IMG/VR virus record: IMGVR_UViG_3300027714_000004
Location: 32,001 to 96,000 of that record
Reading direction: 5' to 3' (one strand)
Source: a virus
DNA: 64,000 bases
A program made the position numbers and the translations under genes. How positions within the stretch are numbered: position 1 is the stretch's first letter; every line of letters starts with the position of its first letter. The notes under the pieces were generated by a model, which saw only the letters and a list, made by a program, of their open reading frames with translations, had not been told where the DNA came from and did no database searches. Of this stretch, positions 1 to 10,337 are shown one piece after another.

Positions 1-2192
1 CTAATAAGATCGAATTCGATCGTGACCTAATTCGAGTCGCCAATATCGACATCGAGGTTTATAGTAAGGAAGGTTTCCCAGAGCCAGGCAAGGCTGCATA
101 TCCTGTGACCTCAATTGCAATGCGCAAGAACGATGGTTCCTACTGGGTGTGGGCATGTGGTGAGTACAAAACTACTCGTGACGAAGTGGTCTATATCAAA
201 TGCGACCACGAGATGGATCTTCTCCGCAAGTTTATTGAGCACTGGTCTCACTATTCCCCTGATATCCTGACGGGTTGGAACAGTCGGTTCTTCGATATTC
301 CCTATATCGTTAACCGTTGCGTTAACCTCTTTGGTGATGACACGTTGTTGAAACGACTATCTCCTTGGGGTGCGGTACGTGAACGTAATGTAACTATTCA
401 AGGTCGCGCCAATCAGGAATACGTGATTGAAGGTGTCGAGCACCTAGATTACATTGAAATCTTTAAGAAGTTCACACTCAACACTCTGGGTCAACAAGAA
501 TCCTATCGTCTAGACCATATCGCCCACGTTGTCTTGGGTGAACGCAAGTTGTCCTATGAGGAGCACGGAAACCTCCACGCTCTTTATGAAAACGACTTCC
601 AGAAGTTTATTGACTATAACATCAAAGACGTGGAGCTGGTGCACAAGATCGATGAGAAACTCGACTTGATTACTCTGGTACTCACTATGGCGTATCGTGG
701 TGGTGTGAACTATGGCGACACTCTTGGTACTACTAATATCTGGGACAGCATCATTTACCGTATGCTGAACAAGATGAAGGTAGTTGTCCCTTCCAAATCC
801 GAGAAGCCTAAGACTTCATATCCGGGCGGTTATGTTAAAGAACCTCAAGTTGGGTCACACGACTGGGTCACCTCTTTCGACTTGAACTCCCTGTATCCAA
901 ACATCATTGTGCAATACAACATGTCCCCTGAGACTGTTATGGACGGTTTCCATAATGGTGTTAGCGTCGATAAGTTCCTTGATGGGTCGTACAAGGTCTC
1001 TGAATCTAACGTCTCTATCGCGCCAACTGGGGTCGCTTTCTCGCACGACCGTGTGGGTGTTATCCCTACGGTGATTAAACAATATTACACTGAACGTCGA
1101 GTTATTAAGACCGAGATGCTGAAACTCCAGCAGGAATATCAGAATGCTCCGACTAATGCTTTGGCATATAGGATATCCTCCCTAGACAACCAACAGATGG
1201 CGATCAAGATTCTGATGAACTCCCTCTATGGTGCGCTGGGTAATCGATACTTCCGTTACTTCGATCAACGTGTTGCAGAGTCAATTACTCTTGCAGGGCA
1301 ACTTGCAATCAAATGGGCAGAGAGGGCCGTTAATAATGAGATGCAGAAACTTCTTAAAACGGATGAAGACTACGTTGTGGCAATTGACACCGACTCTCTT
1401 TATATTCGTATGGCTGCCCTTGTTGATAAGTTTTCTCCTAAAGATCCTGTTAAGTTCCTAGACAAGATTTGCTCCGAGCACTTCGAGAAAGTTTTGGAAA
1501 CATCTTATGCGGAGATGGCACTCGTCACTGGTGCGTATGAGAATCGTATGGAGATGGGTCGTGAGGTAATCGCAGACCGTGGTATCTGGATGGCGAAGAA
1601 ACGATACATCCTGAACGTGCATAATAACGAGGGTGTCCAGTACGCAGAACCTAAACTCAAGATGATGGGTATCGAGGCAATCAAGTCCTCGACTCCTTCG
1701 GTTGTCCGTGACAAGATGAAAGAAATCTTCCGCGTCATTGTAGAAGGTACCGAGGAAACCACCCAGAGATTTATCCGTGAGTTCAAGACTCTGTTTAATA
1801 CATTGCCTCCCGAAGATATTTCATGGCCCCGTGGTATCTCTAACCTCGATAAGTGGAAAGACCGAGAGACTATTTTTAAGAAGGGTACTCCCATACACGT
1901 TCGCGGTGCGTTATGTTATAACAATCTAATCAAGGAGAATAATCTTGGTAATAGATATGAACTGGTCAAGCCAGGCGAGAAGGTAAAGTTCGTCTATCTA
2001 AAAGTACCGAATCGTCTGGGTGAAAACGTTGTGGCATATCCTCAACATCTCCCCGAAGAACTGGGCCTGGGTAAGTATATCGATTACGACTTAATGTTCA
2101 GTAAGACTTTCATTGACCCTCTCGAACCAATTCTTGACGCAGTCGGTTGGTCTTCAGAACCTCGTGCCACACTGGAAGACTTCTTCGGTTGA
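1..2192 (+). CDS. 43: Family B DNA polymerase (T4 gp43-like), 5' end outside window
   Basis: Frame open from base 3 with ExoI DIEV, ExoII NSRFFD, and polymerase motifs [21 protein letters not shown]-terminal clamp-binding LEDFF. Confidence 0.97.
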   Translation, partial: NKIEFDRDLIRVANIDIEVYSKEGFPEPGKAAYPVTSIAMRKNDGSYWVWACGEYKTTRDEVVYIKCDHEMDLLRKFIEHWSHYSPDILTGWNSRFFDIPYIVNRCVNLFGDDTLLKRLSPWGAVRERNVTIQGRANQEYVIEGVEHLDYIEIFKKFTLNTLGQQESYRLDHIAHVVLGERKLSYEEHGNLHALYENDFQKFIDYNIKDVELVHKIDEKLDLITLVLTMAYRGGVNYGDTLGTTNIWDSIIYRMLNKMKVVVPSKSEKPKTSYPGGYVKEPQVGSHDWVTSFDLNSLYPNIIVQYNMSPETVMDGFHNGVSVDKFLDGSYKVSESNVSIAPTGVAFSHDRVGVIPTVIKQYYTERRVIKTEMLKLQQEYQNAPTNALAYRISSLDNQQMAIKILMNSLYGALGNRYFRYFDQRVAESITLAGQLAIKWAERAVNNEMQKLLKTDEDYVVAIDTDSLYIRMAALVDKFSPKDPVKFLDKICSEHFEKVLETSYAEMALVTGAYENRMEMGREVIADRGIWMAKKRYILNVHNNEGVQYAEPKLKMMGIEAIKSSTPSVVRDKMKEIFRVIVEGTEETTQRFIREFKTLFNTLPPEDISWPRGISNLDKWKDRETIFKKGTPIHVRGALCYNNLIKENNLGNRYELVKPGEKVKFVYLKVPNRLGENVVAYPQHLPEELGLGKYIDYDLMFSKTFIDPLEPILDAVGWSSEPRATLEDFFG

Positions 2193-2217
2193 CAGACACC
2201 AAACTTTATGATATAAT
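2189..2217 (+). promoter_or_regulatory. Sigma70-type early promoter
   Basis: TTGACA-17 nt-TATAAT. Confidence 0.8.
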
Positions 2218-2223
2218 AGCCAC

Positions 2224-3165
2224 ATGAATTACGAATTAACTATATTTAAAAATCAGTTCGATAACAAGACCCATCGCCATATGGTTCTTGACGATTGGGA
2301 TAAGTTCGTAAATGTCCTGAAAAACATGTATAAAGAGAAAGGAGAAAAAGGTGGAAATAATTCTAGTCCTCTTATTAGTCCTGCTGTTTTCGAAGTGGGT
2401 AAGACGCGTAGTAATAAATCTACTGGTTATTGGGGTGGGTGGTGCTGCGTTGATGTTGACGATCATACTTTTTCTAGAGATGTTCGAGTCCTTAACCAAG
2501 AGTTGCACGAACTCTTTAGGGAATACGACTACGTTGTGTACAACACTGCATCAAGTCGAGACGAGAATCTCAAATTTAGGATCGTATTTCGATTAGATGA
2601 ACATATTGAAAACGAGCGAATCAAGGCATTTTGGTTTGCACTGAACACTAAACTGGGTGAACTAGGAGATCCACAGACCAAAGATCTCGCACGTATGTAC
2701 TATGTCCCCGCTCAGTATCCTAATGCGACTTCGTTCTTTTTCACCAATCAAGGGACTTCTATTAACACGTCTGAGTTGATGGCGAAATATCCGTATCACG
2801 AAAAGACTGGTAATTCCTTCTTAGATAGACTACCCCCAGAGATGCAACAGGCAGTTGTCGCACATCGTAAGAACAGTCTAAATAATACCGACTTCTCGTG
2901 GTCATCGTACCGAGACTGTCCCTTCTGGCCAAGAAGGTTAGGTGCAGAGTATCAGCAGATCAGTGATGGTGGTTGGTACTCCCAGATGTATAAGATTATG
3001 CTTGCGATAGCAGGTAACGCGTATTCGAAAGGATACCCAATAACCGCTTCTCAAATCTCTGTTATGTGTCAAGAGTTTGATCGAGAGACTGGTAATTGGT
3101 ATGAGAATCGTCCCCTGACCGTAGAGGCGGACAGGGCATTAGAATATATTTACAGGAATAGTTAA
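2224..3165 (+). CDS. AEP-superfamily primase/polymerase-like protein
   Basis: VDVDD (DxD), YNTASS..KFRIVF and DPQTKDLARMYYVP resemble AEP motifs I-III. Helical C-terminal domain. Confidence 0.6.
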   Translation: MNYELTIFKNQFDNKTHRHMVLDDWDKFVNVLKNMYKEKGEKGGNNSSPLISPAVFEVGKTRSNKSTGYWGGWCCVDVDDHTFSRDVRVLNQELHELFREYDYVVYNTASSRDENLKFRIVFRLDEHIENERIKAFWFALNTKLGELGDPQTKDLARMYYVPAQYPNATSFFFTNQGTSINTSELMAKYPYHEKTGNSFLDRLPPEMQQAVVAHRKNSLNNTDFSWSSYRDCPFWPRRLGAEYQQISDGGWYSQMYKIMLAIAGNAYSKGYPITASQISVMCQEFDRETGNWYENRPLTVEADRALEYIYRNS

Positions 3166-4107
3166 ATGAAGAAAGTATTAGTAACGGGTGCTGCCGGATT
3201 CATCGGGTCTCAGCTCTCAAAGCGTCTAATGAATCGTGGACTCCATGTAAAAGGAATTGACAACTTTAACGAGCACCTGTATACTCCTAGATTAAAAGTA
3301 GACCGAATGAATCACTTTGTTCTGGATATCTGGGGATGTGATTTACGAGATGAAGTTAAACTGGAAGCACTATTAAGAGACTTCCAACCAGATACTATCG
3401 TCCACCTTGCCGCAATGGCAGGGGTTCGTGACTCTATGGGTAAAGAGAAGAGTTACCACGAGAACAACATTGACGCGACCCAAAACCTTATTGACATCTG
3501 CAAAGAACATTTACCGGAAACTCGTATAGTATATGCGTCGACCTCTTGTGTATATGCTGGTTCTCCTGTTCCGTGGACTGAAGGTCAGGAGTCAGGTAAG
3601 CAGTTAAACGCATATGGTTACACCAAGTGGGCGAACGAATGTCAGATGCAGTCCTCTGGTCTTAACAATATCGGTCTGCGATTCTTCACAGTCTATGGCC
3701 CATGGGGTCGACCTGACATGGCGTTGTTCGATTTCACCAAGAATATACTTGACGAGAAGGAAATAATCGTGTATAATTATGGTGATATGAAACGTGACTT
3801 TACTTACGTGGACGATATTCTTGACGGTATTGAGGTTGTCCTAGACAACACTGAAATCCCATCTAATGAGATCTTTAACATCGGTCGCGGTGAACAGGTC
3901 GCGTTGATGGACTTTATTGGAGAAATCGAGAAGAATACTGGGAAAGACGCGATCAAGAAACTTGCTCCTAAACATCCTGCGGATACTCTAGAGACTTGGG
4001 CAAACACTTCCAAGTTGCAAGCCCTAGGTTATAAACCAAAGGTGGATATTGCGGAAGGTGTTGAGCATTTTTATGAATGGTATAAAACTTATAATGGAAT
4101 TAAATAA
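3166..4107 (+). CDS. NAD-dependent epimerase, UDP-glucuronate 4-epimerase-like
   Basis: TGAAGFIG, HLAAMAGVR, YGYTK (YxxxK), LRFFTVYGPWGRPDMA, RDFTYVDD. Confidence 0.9.
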   Translation: MKKVLVTGAAGFIGSQLSKRLMNRGLHVKGIDNFNEHLYTPRLKVDRMNHFVLDIWGCDLRDEVKLEALLRDFQPDTIVHLAAMAGVRDSMGKEKSYHENNIDATQNLIDICKEHLPETRIVYASTSCVYAGSPVPWTEGQESGKQLNAYGYTKWANECQMQSSGLNNIGLRFFTVYGPWGRPDMALFDFTKNILDEKEIIVYNYGDMKRDFTYVDDILDGIEVVLDNTEIPSNEIFNIGRGEQVALMDFIGEIEKNTGKDAIKKLAPKHPADTLETWANTSKLQALGYKPKVDIAEGVEHFYEWYKTYNGIK

Positions 4108-5093
4108 TGTCTGATACAACACAGGAAGGTGGAATCTCTAGATTCCGAATAGGTATCGTAGGTCATGGTTTTGTCGGTCAGGCAGTGGAGTATGCATTTA
4201 ATCACCCTCTGGTAGACTTCAATTACTATGACCCAAAATATGAAACTAGTCTAGACACTCTCGGTGATTTCTCTGCTGATCGACATCCTAGATGTTTCTT
4301 TATATGCGCTCCTACTCCCTCGAATGATGATGGGTCGGTCAATTCTAGTATAGTGGAATCTGCGGTCATGGAGTGTTTGACCCAGACCGATGCCTTAGTT
4401 GTTGTCAAATCAACGATTACACCGGAATCTATTGACAGCCTTTATGCAGGAATGAGCAGAGAACAAACTAATCGTTTCGTCTATAACCCTGAGTTTCTAA
4501 CGGAGAAGAATGCTAAGTCAGATTTCGTGAATGCTAAGTTTCATGTCATCGGTGGTATGCCAAATCCCGCACAGGAACTTATTGATATCTATGAAATCTT
4601 TGGTGGGTGTCAGTCTGATGACTATCACCGTATGACTGCGTATGAAGCATCCTTTGTGAAATATACTATCAATTCATTCCTAGCAACCAAGGTAACCTTC
4701 TTTAATCAGTTGTATGATCTGGTTAATATGTACGGTTGCAACTATAATAATATCGTCCGAGCAGTAGGTAAGGACGATAGAATAGGTATGGGTCACACCC
4801 GTGTGCCGGGCTTTGATGGTAAACGAGGATTTGGTGGCGCATGTTTACCCAAAGATACACGGGCATTCTTAGACTTTTCAACACATGAGTTTGCTGACGG
4901 AACTATGACTAGTTTCGATTTATTGGAAAAAGTACTTGACATCAATGGTGCTTATCGTGTACAATATGACCTTGATGAAAGAGAAAGAATTAATAATATA
5001 ACATTTGTAGATTTTGGAGGCAAGAATGAGCATAATGGACAAACTAAAGAAGAACTCGAAGATAAAGGAAACAGCGATACTATCGACGAGTAA
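4107..5093 (+). CDS. UDP-glucose 6-dehydrogenase-like protein (short form)
   Basis: GHGFVG, VVKST, NPEFL, catalytic GFGGACLPKD. Confidence 0.88.
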   Translation: MSDTTQEGGISRFRIGIVGHGFVGQAVEYAFNHPLVDFNYYDPKYETSLDTLGDFSADRHPRCFFICAPTPSNDDGSVNSSIVESAVMECLTQTDALVVVKSTITPESIDSLYAGMSREQTNRFVYNPEFLTEKNAKSDFVNAKFHVIGGMPNPAQELIDIYEIFGGCQSDDYHRMTAYEASFVKYTINSFLATKVTFFNQLYDLVNMYGCNYNNIVRAVGKDDRIGMGHTRVPGFDGKRGFGGACLPKDTRAFLDFSTHEFADGTMTSFDLLEKVLDINGAYRVQYDLDERERINNITFVDFGGKNEHNGQTKEELEDKGNSDTIDE

Positions 5094-6072
5094 ATTCTTC
5101 ACAGAGAAAGATATGGTACCTACTGACGTTCCTATGGTGAATGTCGCGTTGTCCGGTACCGTAGATGGTGGTGTCGCGCCAGGACTTACAGTTCTAGCAG
5201 GGCCATCTAAACACTTTAAGACATCGTTTGCATTATTAATGGCAAGCGCATATCTTAATGCTAAACCCGATGCAGTGATGCTGTTCTATGATTCCGAGTT
5301 TGGATCTCCTCAGTCATACTTCACCCAGTTCGGTATTGATACTAGTAGAGTGTTACATACACCTATTGCTAACGTCGAAGAACTGAAGTTTGACCTGATT
5401 AATCAGTTAGAGGCCCTAGATCGTAGTGATGATGTTATTATCGTTATCGATTCTATTGGTAACCTTGCGTCTAAGAAAGAACTTGACGATGCACTGAACG
5501 AGAAGGGTGTTGCCGATATGTCTCGTGCGAAAGCACTTAAAGGTCTATTCCGTATGTCGACTCCGTATCTGGCGATGAAGAATATCCCGATGCTTGCAAT
5601 CAATCACACTTATAAAGAGATTGGTTTGTTTCCGAAAGATGTAGTTAGTGGTGGTACTGGTATCTATTACTCTGCCGACAATATCTGGATTATCGGTCGT
5701 CGACAGAATAAGACTGGTACTGAGATCATGGGTTATGATTTTGTGATCAAGGTCGAGAAGTCACGATTTGTCAAAGAGCAGTCTAAGATCCCTATTACCG
5801 TCTCTTGGGATGGTGGTGTTGAGAAAAACTCTGGTCTACTTGAAGTTGCATTGGCTGGTGGATATGTTATCAAACCAAGTAATGGTTGGTACTCACGTTG
5901 TCACGGTACCGAAGCAGAAGATAAGAAGTTCCGTACTAAGGATACTTTGTCCAATGAGTTCTGGGCTCCTATTTTCGAAACAAGTGACTTTGCTACATTC
6001 CTACAGAAGACTTATCAGATAGGATATAAAAGCGAGATCAACCCTGAAACCTTTGTCGAGGAGGCATTGTAA
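5026..6072 (+). CDS. uvsX: RecA-like recombinase UvsX
   Basis: GPSKHFKT Walker A variant, DSEFG, IDSIGNLASKKE. ATG 5026 follows GGAGG. Confidence 0.95.
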   Translation: MSIMDKLKKNSKIKETAILSTSKFFTEKDMVPTDVPMVNVALSGTVDGGVAPGLTVLAGPSKHFKTSFALLMASAYLNAKPDAVMLFYDSEFGSPQSYFTQFGIDTSRVLHTPIANVEELKFDLINQLEALDRSDDVIIVIDSIGNLASKKELDDALNEKGVADMSRAKALKGLFRMSTPYLAMKNIPMLAINHTYKEIGLFPKDVVSGGTGIYYSADNIWIIGRRQNKTGTEIMGYDFVIKVEKSRFVKEQSKIPITVSWDGGVEKNSGLLEVALAGGYVIKPSNGWYSRCHGTEAEDKKFRTKDTLSNEFWAPIFETSDFATFLQKTYQIGYKSEINPETFVEEAL

Positions 6073-6434
6073 TGAAAGAATTGAATTTGGATAAACCATC
6101 CGAGAATCTAGACTATAAACTAGTACCTGTTGTCTTAGAAGGAGTGGAGGGTTGGAATGTCGACCTTCTACGTGCTCCTTATGAAGATGTGACCATTCGT
6201 TTTAATAACGTACGTGTCAATGGTGATGAACAAAATATAACTTTTAACTTCGATGTTGTTGACACGGACGAGCCAAACGTGTATAATATAGACAATAACG
6301 ACCTACAAGGGTTTGTGGGTGAAGTTTTAACTGATATTTTAGAATCAGCAATTGAGACTGGTTCAGTAGACATTAAGGATTCAAATGACGGAAATCAATC
6401 TGGAACAAACGATTCTACGGAATCTTCTGACTAA
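6072..6434 (+). CDS. Acidic hypothetical protein (position of T4 gp40)
   Basis: Coupled ORF between uvsX and gene 41. Function suggested only by synteny. Confidence 0.6.
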   Translation: MKELNLDKPSENLDYKLVPVVLEGVEGWNVDLLRAPYEDVTIRFNNVRVNGDEQNITFNFDVVDTDEPNVYNIDNNDLQGFVGEVLTDILESAIETGSVDIKDSNDGNQSGTNDSTESSD

Positions 6435-7785
6435 CGATGCCTACATGAGGAAGGTCGCCCCCTTCCTCGCTCCTGAATACTTTGAAGGTGCTTACAAAAG
6501 TATCTTCAAAGAGTTCAATGCATACATTGCAAAGTATAACAATCTTCCGTCCAAAGAGGCTCTCAAGATCGAGATCGACTCTGAGGGTAGAATGTCTGAC
6601 GAGCACTATCGTCATACTATGGACATCCTACCGGACATCTTCACATATGCCGAAGAAGACCTTACGTGGTTACTAGAACGCACTGAGAAGTGGTGTCAAG
6701 ACCGTGCGGTATTCAATGCAGTGATGGAGTCTATTACGATCATTGACGGTAAGCACCAAGAACTGTCCAAGAACGCAATCCCCGAAGTACTGTCTAAGGC
6801 ACTGTCGGTATCGTTTGATACTAACATTGGACACGACTATCTGGAGAATGTCGATTCTCGTTGGGACTTCTACACTATGGACGAGGAGAGAATGCCTTGG
6901 GACTTGGATTACTTCAACCGTATTACTAAAGGCGGTTTGCCCAATAAGACCCTGAACATTGCTCTTGCAGGAACTGGTGTTGGTAAGTCTTTGTTTATGT
7001 GTCACGCTGCGGCAGCTGCGATGAGTCAGAATAAGAATGTTCTGTATATCACTCTAGAGATGTCCGAAGAACGTATTGCAGAAAGAATCGATGCCAACTT
7101 ACTGAACGTCCCTATTGACCAGTTAGAGCATCTCACCAAAGATATGTTTGCAAGTCGTGTTAAGAAGGTGGCAGATAAAACTACGGGTAAACTTATTATT
7201 AAGGAATACCCGACTGGTAGTGCGCACTCAAACCACTTCCGTGCTCTTCTAAACGAGTTGAAACTAAAGAAGAAGTTCACTCCAGATATCATCTTTGTCG
7301 ACTACCTGAACATCTGTTCGTCGTCTAGGATGAAGGCTATGGGTGGTGCTATTAACTCATACACTTATATCAAGTCTATCGCAGAAGAGTTGCGCGGTCT
7401 TGCTGTTGAGTTTGATGTTCCGGTAGTATCTGCGACCCAGACTACACGTTCTGGTTATAGTAATGATGATGTTGGTCTAGAAGATACTTCGGAATCCTTT
7501 GGACTACCTGCTACTGCTGACCTTATGTTTGCTCTGATTAGTAATGATGAACTGAACGCGCAGGGTCAGATAATGGTCAAGCAGTTAAAGAATAGATATA
7601 ATGATATCGGTCAGAACCAAAGATTCGTTGTAGGTATTGACCGAAGCAAGATGAGATTGTTCGACGTAGACCAAAATGATTCTCCCCTAAATAAAGAAGT
7701 AGATCATGGCCCAGTATTTGATAAATCTAACTCAGGCCAACGAATTTCTTCTGAGAAGATGAACTTTGACGGTTTTACTTTATAA
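6385..7785 (+). CDS. 41: Replicative DnaB-like helicase (gp41)
   Basis: AGTGVGKS, LEMSEE, VDYLN, SATQTTR, SESFGLPATAD, KQLKNRY. Confidence 0.96.
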   Translation: MTEINLEQTILRNLLTNDAYMRKVAPFLAPEYFEGAYKSIFKEFNAYIAKYNNLPSKEALKIEIDSEGRMSDEHYRHTMDILPDIFTYAEEDLTWLLERTEKWCQDRAVFNAVMESITIIDGKHQELSKNAIPEVLSKALSVSFDTNIGHDYLENVDSRWDFYTMDEERMPWDLDYFNRITKGGLPNKTLNIALAGTGVGKSLFMCHAAAAAMSQNKNVLYITLEMSEERIAERIDANLLNVPIDQLEHLTKDMFASRVKKVADKTTGKLIIKEYPTGSAHSNHFRALLNELKLKKKFTPDIIFVDYLNICSSSRMKAMGGAINSYTYIKSIAEELRGLAVEFDVPVVSATQTTRSGYSNDDVGLEDTSESFGLPATADLMFALISNDELNAQGQIMVKQLKNRYNDIGQNQRFVVGIDRSKMRLFDVDQNDSPLNKEVDHGPVFDKSNSGQRISSEKMNFDGFTL

Positions 7786-7795
7786 GGAGTCCACT

Positions 7796-7984
7796 ATGGA
7801 TCCATACGCACATACAATCATCGCCTTGGCATTACTATTTATTTCCCATGTCGTAGGAAAGAAAATAGGAAGACAAGAAGGAATAACTTCGGCAGTCAAC
7901 TATCTCATGGAAATGGGCGCCCTCAATGAAGCAGATCTGAAAAGAGCGAATGAAAAGTTTGCTGAAAATGAGGAAGACCTTTAG
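7796..7984 (+). CDS. Small membrane-anchored hypothetical protein
   Basis: AAGGAG RBS, N-terminal hydrophobic helix. Confidence 0.65.
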   Translation: MDPYAHTIIALALLFISHVVGKKIGRQEGITSAVNYLMEMGALNEADLKRANEKFAENEEDL

Positions 7985-7986
7985 TA

Positions 7987-8667
7987 ATGAGTGAAGTTAA
8001 TATTAGGAATAAAGAATTCCTTAGTGTCCTGAATAGTTTCTCTGATGAGATGTTATCAAAACCTTCTTACAATGATGAGAAGTATTGGTCATATTTTAAT
8101 CGTGAAGATATCTATAAAGGAAAAGAATATACTTCTAGAGAGTATCTAGACGAATGTCTTTCCAGATATCCTCAGTTAGTAGGTGCACCAGACAGATTTT
8201 TTGCACAAGCTATTTCTAAGATGGTTCGTATAGATCCTGATATGTGGGGAGACTTTATGCAGAAGGTCAAGTATGACTTCGCTGCGGAGATTGGAGCACA
8301 CACATCTGCATTACTCTCCTATTACCCGCCTGGCGGTTATGTCGGATGGCATACTAACTACAATGCGAATGCTTATCAGGTCTTATTCACGTGGTCAGAG
8401 ACCGGAGATGGGTACTTCCAGTACTATGATAAGAAGACAGACAAGATAGTCCGTATCCAAGATGTTGCGGGATGGCAATGCCGACACTATTACTTTGGTG
8501 CGGAACATGAAAAAGATTTGCACTGTTGGCACTCTGCTTACGCAGGATGTCAACGCATCACCCTAGCATACAAGTTCGTTAATGGTGGTAGTGTGAATAA
8601 CCCTGAAGACGCGCAAGCGAGAGCAATGCGTGATATGTTAATTGATGAAATAGAGAGTGAAGAATGA
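7987..8667 (+). CDS. 2OG-Fe(II) oxygenase-like (cupin) protein
   Basis: YYPPGGYVGWHTN ... WHSA ... RITLAY pattern. Confidence 0.6.
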   Translation: MSEVNIRNKEFLSVLNSFSDEMLSKPSYNDEKYWSYFNREDIYKGKEYTSREYLDECLSRYPQLVGAPDRFFAQAISKMVRIDPDMWGDFMQKVKYDFAAEIGAHTSALLSYYPPGGYVGWHTNYNANAYQVLFTWSETGDGYFQYYDKKTDKIVRIQDVAGWQCRHYYFGAEHEKDLHCWHSAYAGCQRITLAYKFVNGGSVNNPEDAQARAMRDMLIDEIESEE

Positions 8668-8942
8668 AGAAAAGTGATGTAGTAACAGTAGTGACAGTGA
8701 GTGGTGAGTATGTTGGTCGCCTAGATACAGTTCATAGTGATGGGGCAATTACCCTTAAAGACCCACGTATGTTGATCCACGGTGAGCAAGGTATTGGTTT
8801 TGCACGTGGTGTTTGCATGACCAGTAAAGAGAACCCAGAGAGTGTTAAATTTCAACAATACGTATTATGTACTGAGACGAACGATGACTTCTCGGCAGCA
8901 TGGTCAGAAGCAATTAGCGGATTAAAGTTGGTGGTGTCATAA
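8664..8942 (+). CDS. Small beta-rich (Sm-like) hypothetical protein
   Basis: VVTVVTVSGEYVGRL..ITLKDPR, coupled ORF. Confidence 0.55.
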   Translation: MKKSDVVTVVTVSGEYVGRLDTVHSDGAITLKDPRMLIHGEQGIGFARGVCMTSKENPESVKFQQYVLCTETNDDFSAAWSEAISGLKLVVS

Positions 8943-9181
8943 TGATAGTTCAAGATAAAGAAAAAGTCGCAGCTGCGGTACGAGAAATGTCCGATAGTAT
9001 GTTGCGTATCGACGCAGAGAAAGAACTGATGAAAGACATCGTTGATGTTACTGCCGAGAAGTACGAGATTGACAAGAAGCAATTCCGTAAGATTGCTAAC
9101 ATCTTCCATAAGAGAAACCTCGAAGAAGCTCGTACTGAGACGAATGAGGTTTTTGAGTTGTACGAGGAACTTTTCAAGTAA
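8942..9181 (+). CDS. dsbA: dsDNA-binding protein, T4 DsbA-like
   Basis: 79-aa helical protein EMSDSMLRIDAEKELMKDI..FRKIANIFHK..LYEELF. Confidence 0.7.
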   Translation: MIVQDKEKVAAAVREMSDSMLRIDAEKELMKDIVDVTAEKYEIDKKQFRKIANIFHKRNLEEARTETNEVFELYEELFK

Positions 9182-9972
9182 TGTTATTAACTGCCGGTTG
9201 TAGTTTTGTCTGGGGGGATGAGTTAGAAGGATTTGATAACTCTCCCCCCACCCATTGGGATCTCACGTTTACGGCAATAACTGCTCGTGCGTTAGGCGTT
9301 GATTACGTAAACCGTGGTATTTGCGGTGCTTGTAATGAAAAGATCTTCCGTGAGGTTACGGACTTTCTCCACACGACCACTGAACCTGTCACCCATCTGG
9401 TGGTAATGTGGTCTGCGTGGCAACGAAAGGAACACGTCGAGTACATGCCAGAGATTGCGGAATTTAAACTCGGTAGACAAAATGATGTTACTCAATTTTC
9501 TTCACTGCGCACTAATGCTATACACGGCCGTGAGATGAGAACTTCGATGGAACATTGGTACTTTACTTCATATGATTCTAAGACTGATATTATGCACACT
9601 ATCAGTAATATGAAAGCACTAGAGATTATATGTGAAGCATCGGGAATCAAACTGATTCAAGGGGTGTTTCATAATAGGAACTGGTCTAACTTAATGTCTA
9701 TATTAAATGGACGACCTCCTCTTGACGCTACCAGAGATGCTAATGAAGATGAGATCTTTGATATAAACGATACCCCTGAATATAAGAAGTGGATTACTGA
9801 TTCTCTAGGGTCTCTCAAATCCACTAGTCGGGTAGGTCTCGGTAGGGGCAAAGATCTTTTCACAATAGGACTTGAATTACAGGACATACGAGAATTTGGA
9901 CATCCCGGCGAAAGAAGTCAGGAAGTCTTCTCTGAGTTTCTTTTGGAAACATTTGAAAACTCTAGTGATTAA
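9181..9972 (+). CDS. SGNH/GDSL-hydrolase-like protein
   Basis: GCSFVWG block I, G-ACN block II, C-terminal GHP. Confidence 0.55.
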   Translation: MLLTAGCSFVWGDELEGFDNSPPTHWDLTFTAITARALGVDYVNRGICGACNEKIFREVTDFLHTTTEPVTHLVVMWSAWQRKEHVEYMPEIAEFKLGRQNDVTQFSSLRTNAIHGREMRTSMEHWYFTSYDSKTDIMHTISNMKALEIICEASGIKLIQGVFHNRNWSNLMSILNGRPPLDATRDANEDEIFDINDTPEYKKWITDSLGSLKSTSRVGLGRGKDLFTIGLELQDIREFGHPGERSQEVFSEFLLETFENSSD

Positions 9973-9977
9973 TAAGT

Positions 9978-9985
9978 ATAAATAC
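9978..9985 (+). promoter_or_regulatory. T4-type late promoter
   Basis: Intergenic TATAAATA. Confidence 0.7.
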
Positions 9986-10022
9986 ACTTATAATAATTGA
10001 CATTAATATTAGGAATAGTAAG

Positions 10023-10337
10023 ATGGGTATTGAATTGAATACGACAGATATAGTTTCTTTGGCTGTAGGAGGTATTGCTATATTACTTGCGGTTTACTGT
10101 ATTATAGGTGTATTGCGATGGCCGCCTGAGAAGAATGAATCGGCAGACACTACTACTCCAGACATTGAAGATACTTTCGAAGATCAACGAGTACAGTTTG
10201 ATAAAATGACCGTGCCTCAGTTAAAGAAGCACGTCAAAGAAAATAAAAATAAATTAGTCGAACCAATGGGACGTATGCCTACTAGGAAGGCAGATCTTGT
10301 TGAGACCTCTCTACGTATATGGACTCATGAAAAATGA
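10023..10337 (+). CDS. Membrane-anchored hypothetical protein
   Basis: One TM helix. C-terminal MTVPQLK..RKADLV resembles a SAP/Rho-N-like helix pair. Confidence 0.65.
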   Translation: MGIELNTTDIVSLAVGGIAILLAVYCIIGVLRWPPEKNESADTTTPDIEDTFEDQRVQFDKMTVPQLKKHVKENKNKLVEPMGRMPTRKADLVETSLRIWTHEK

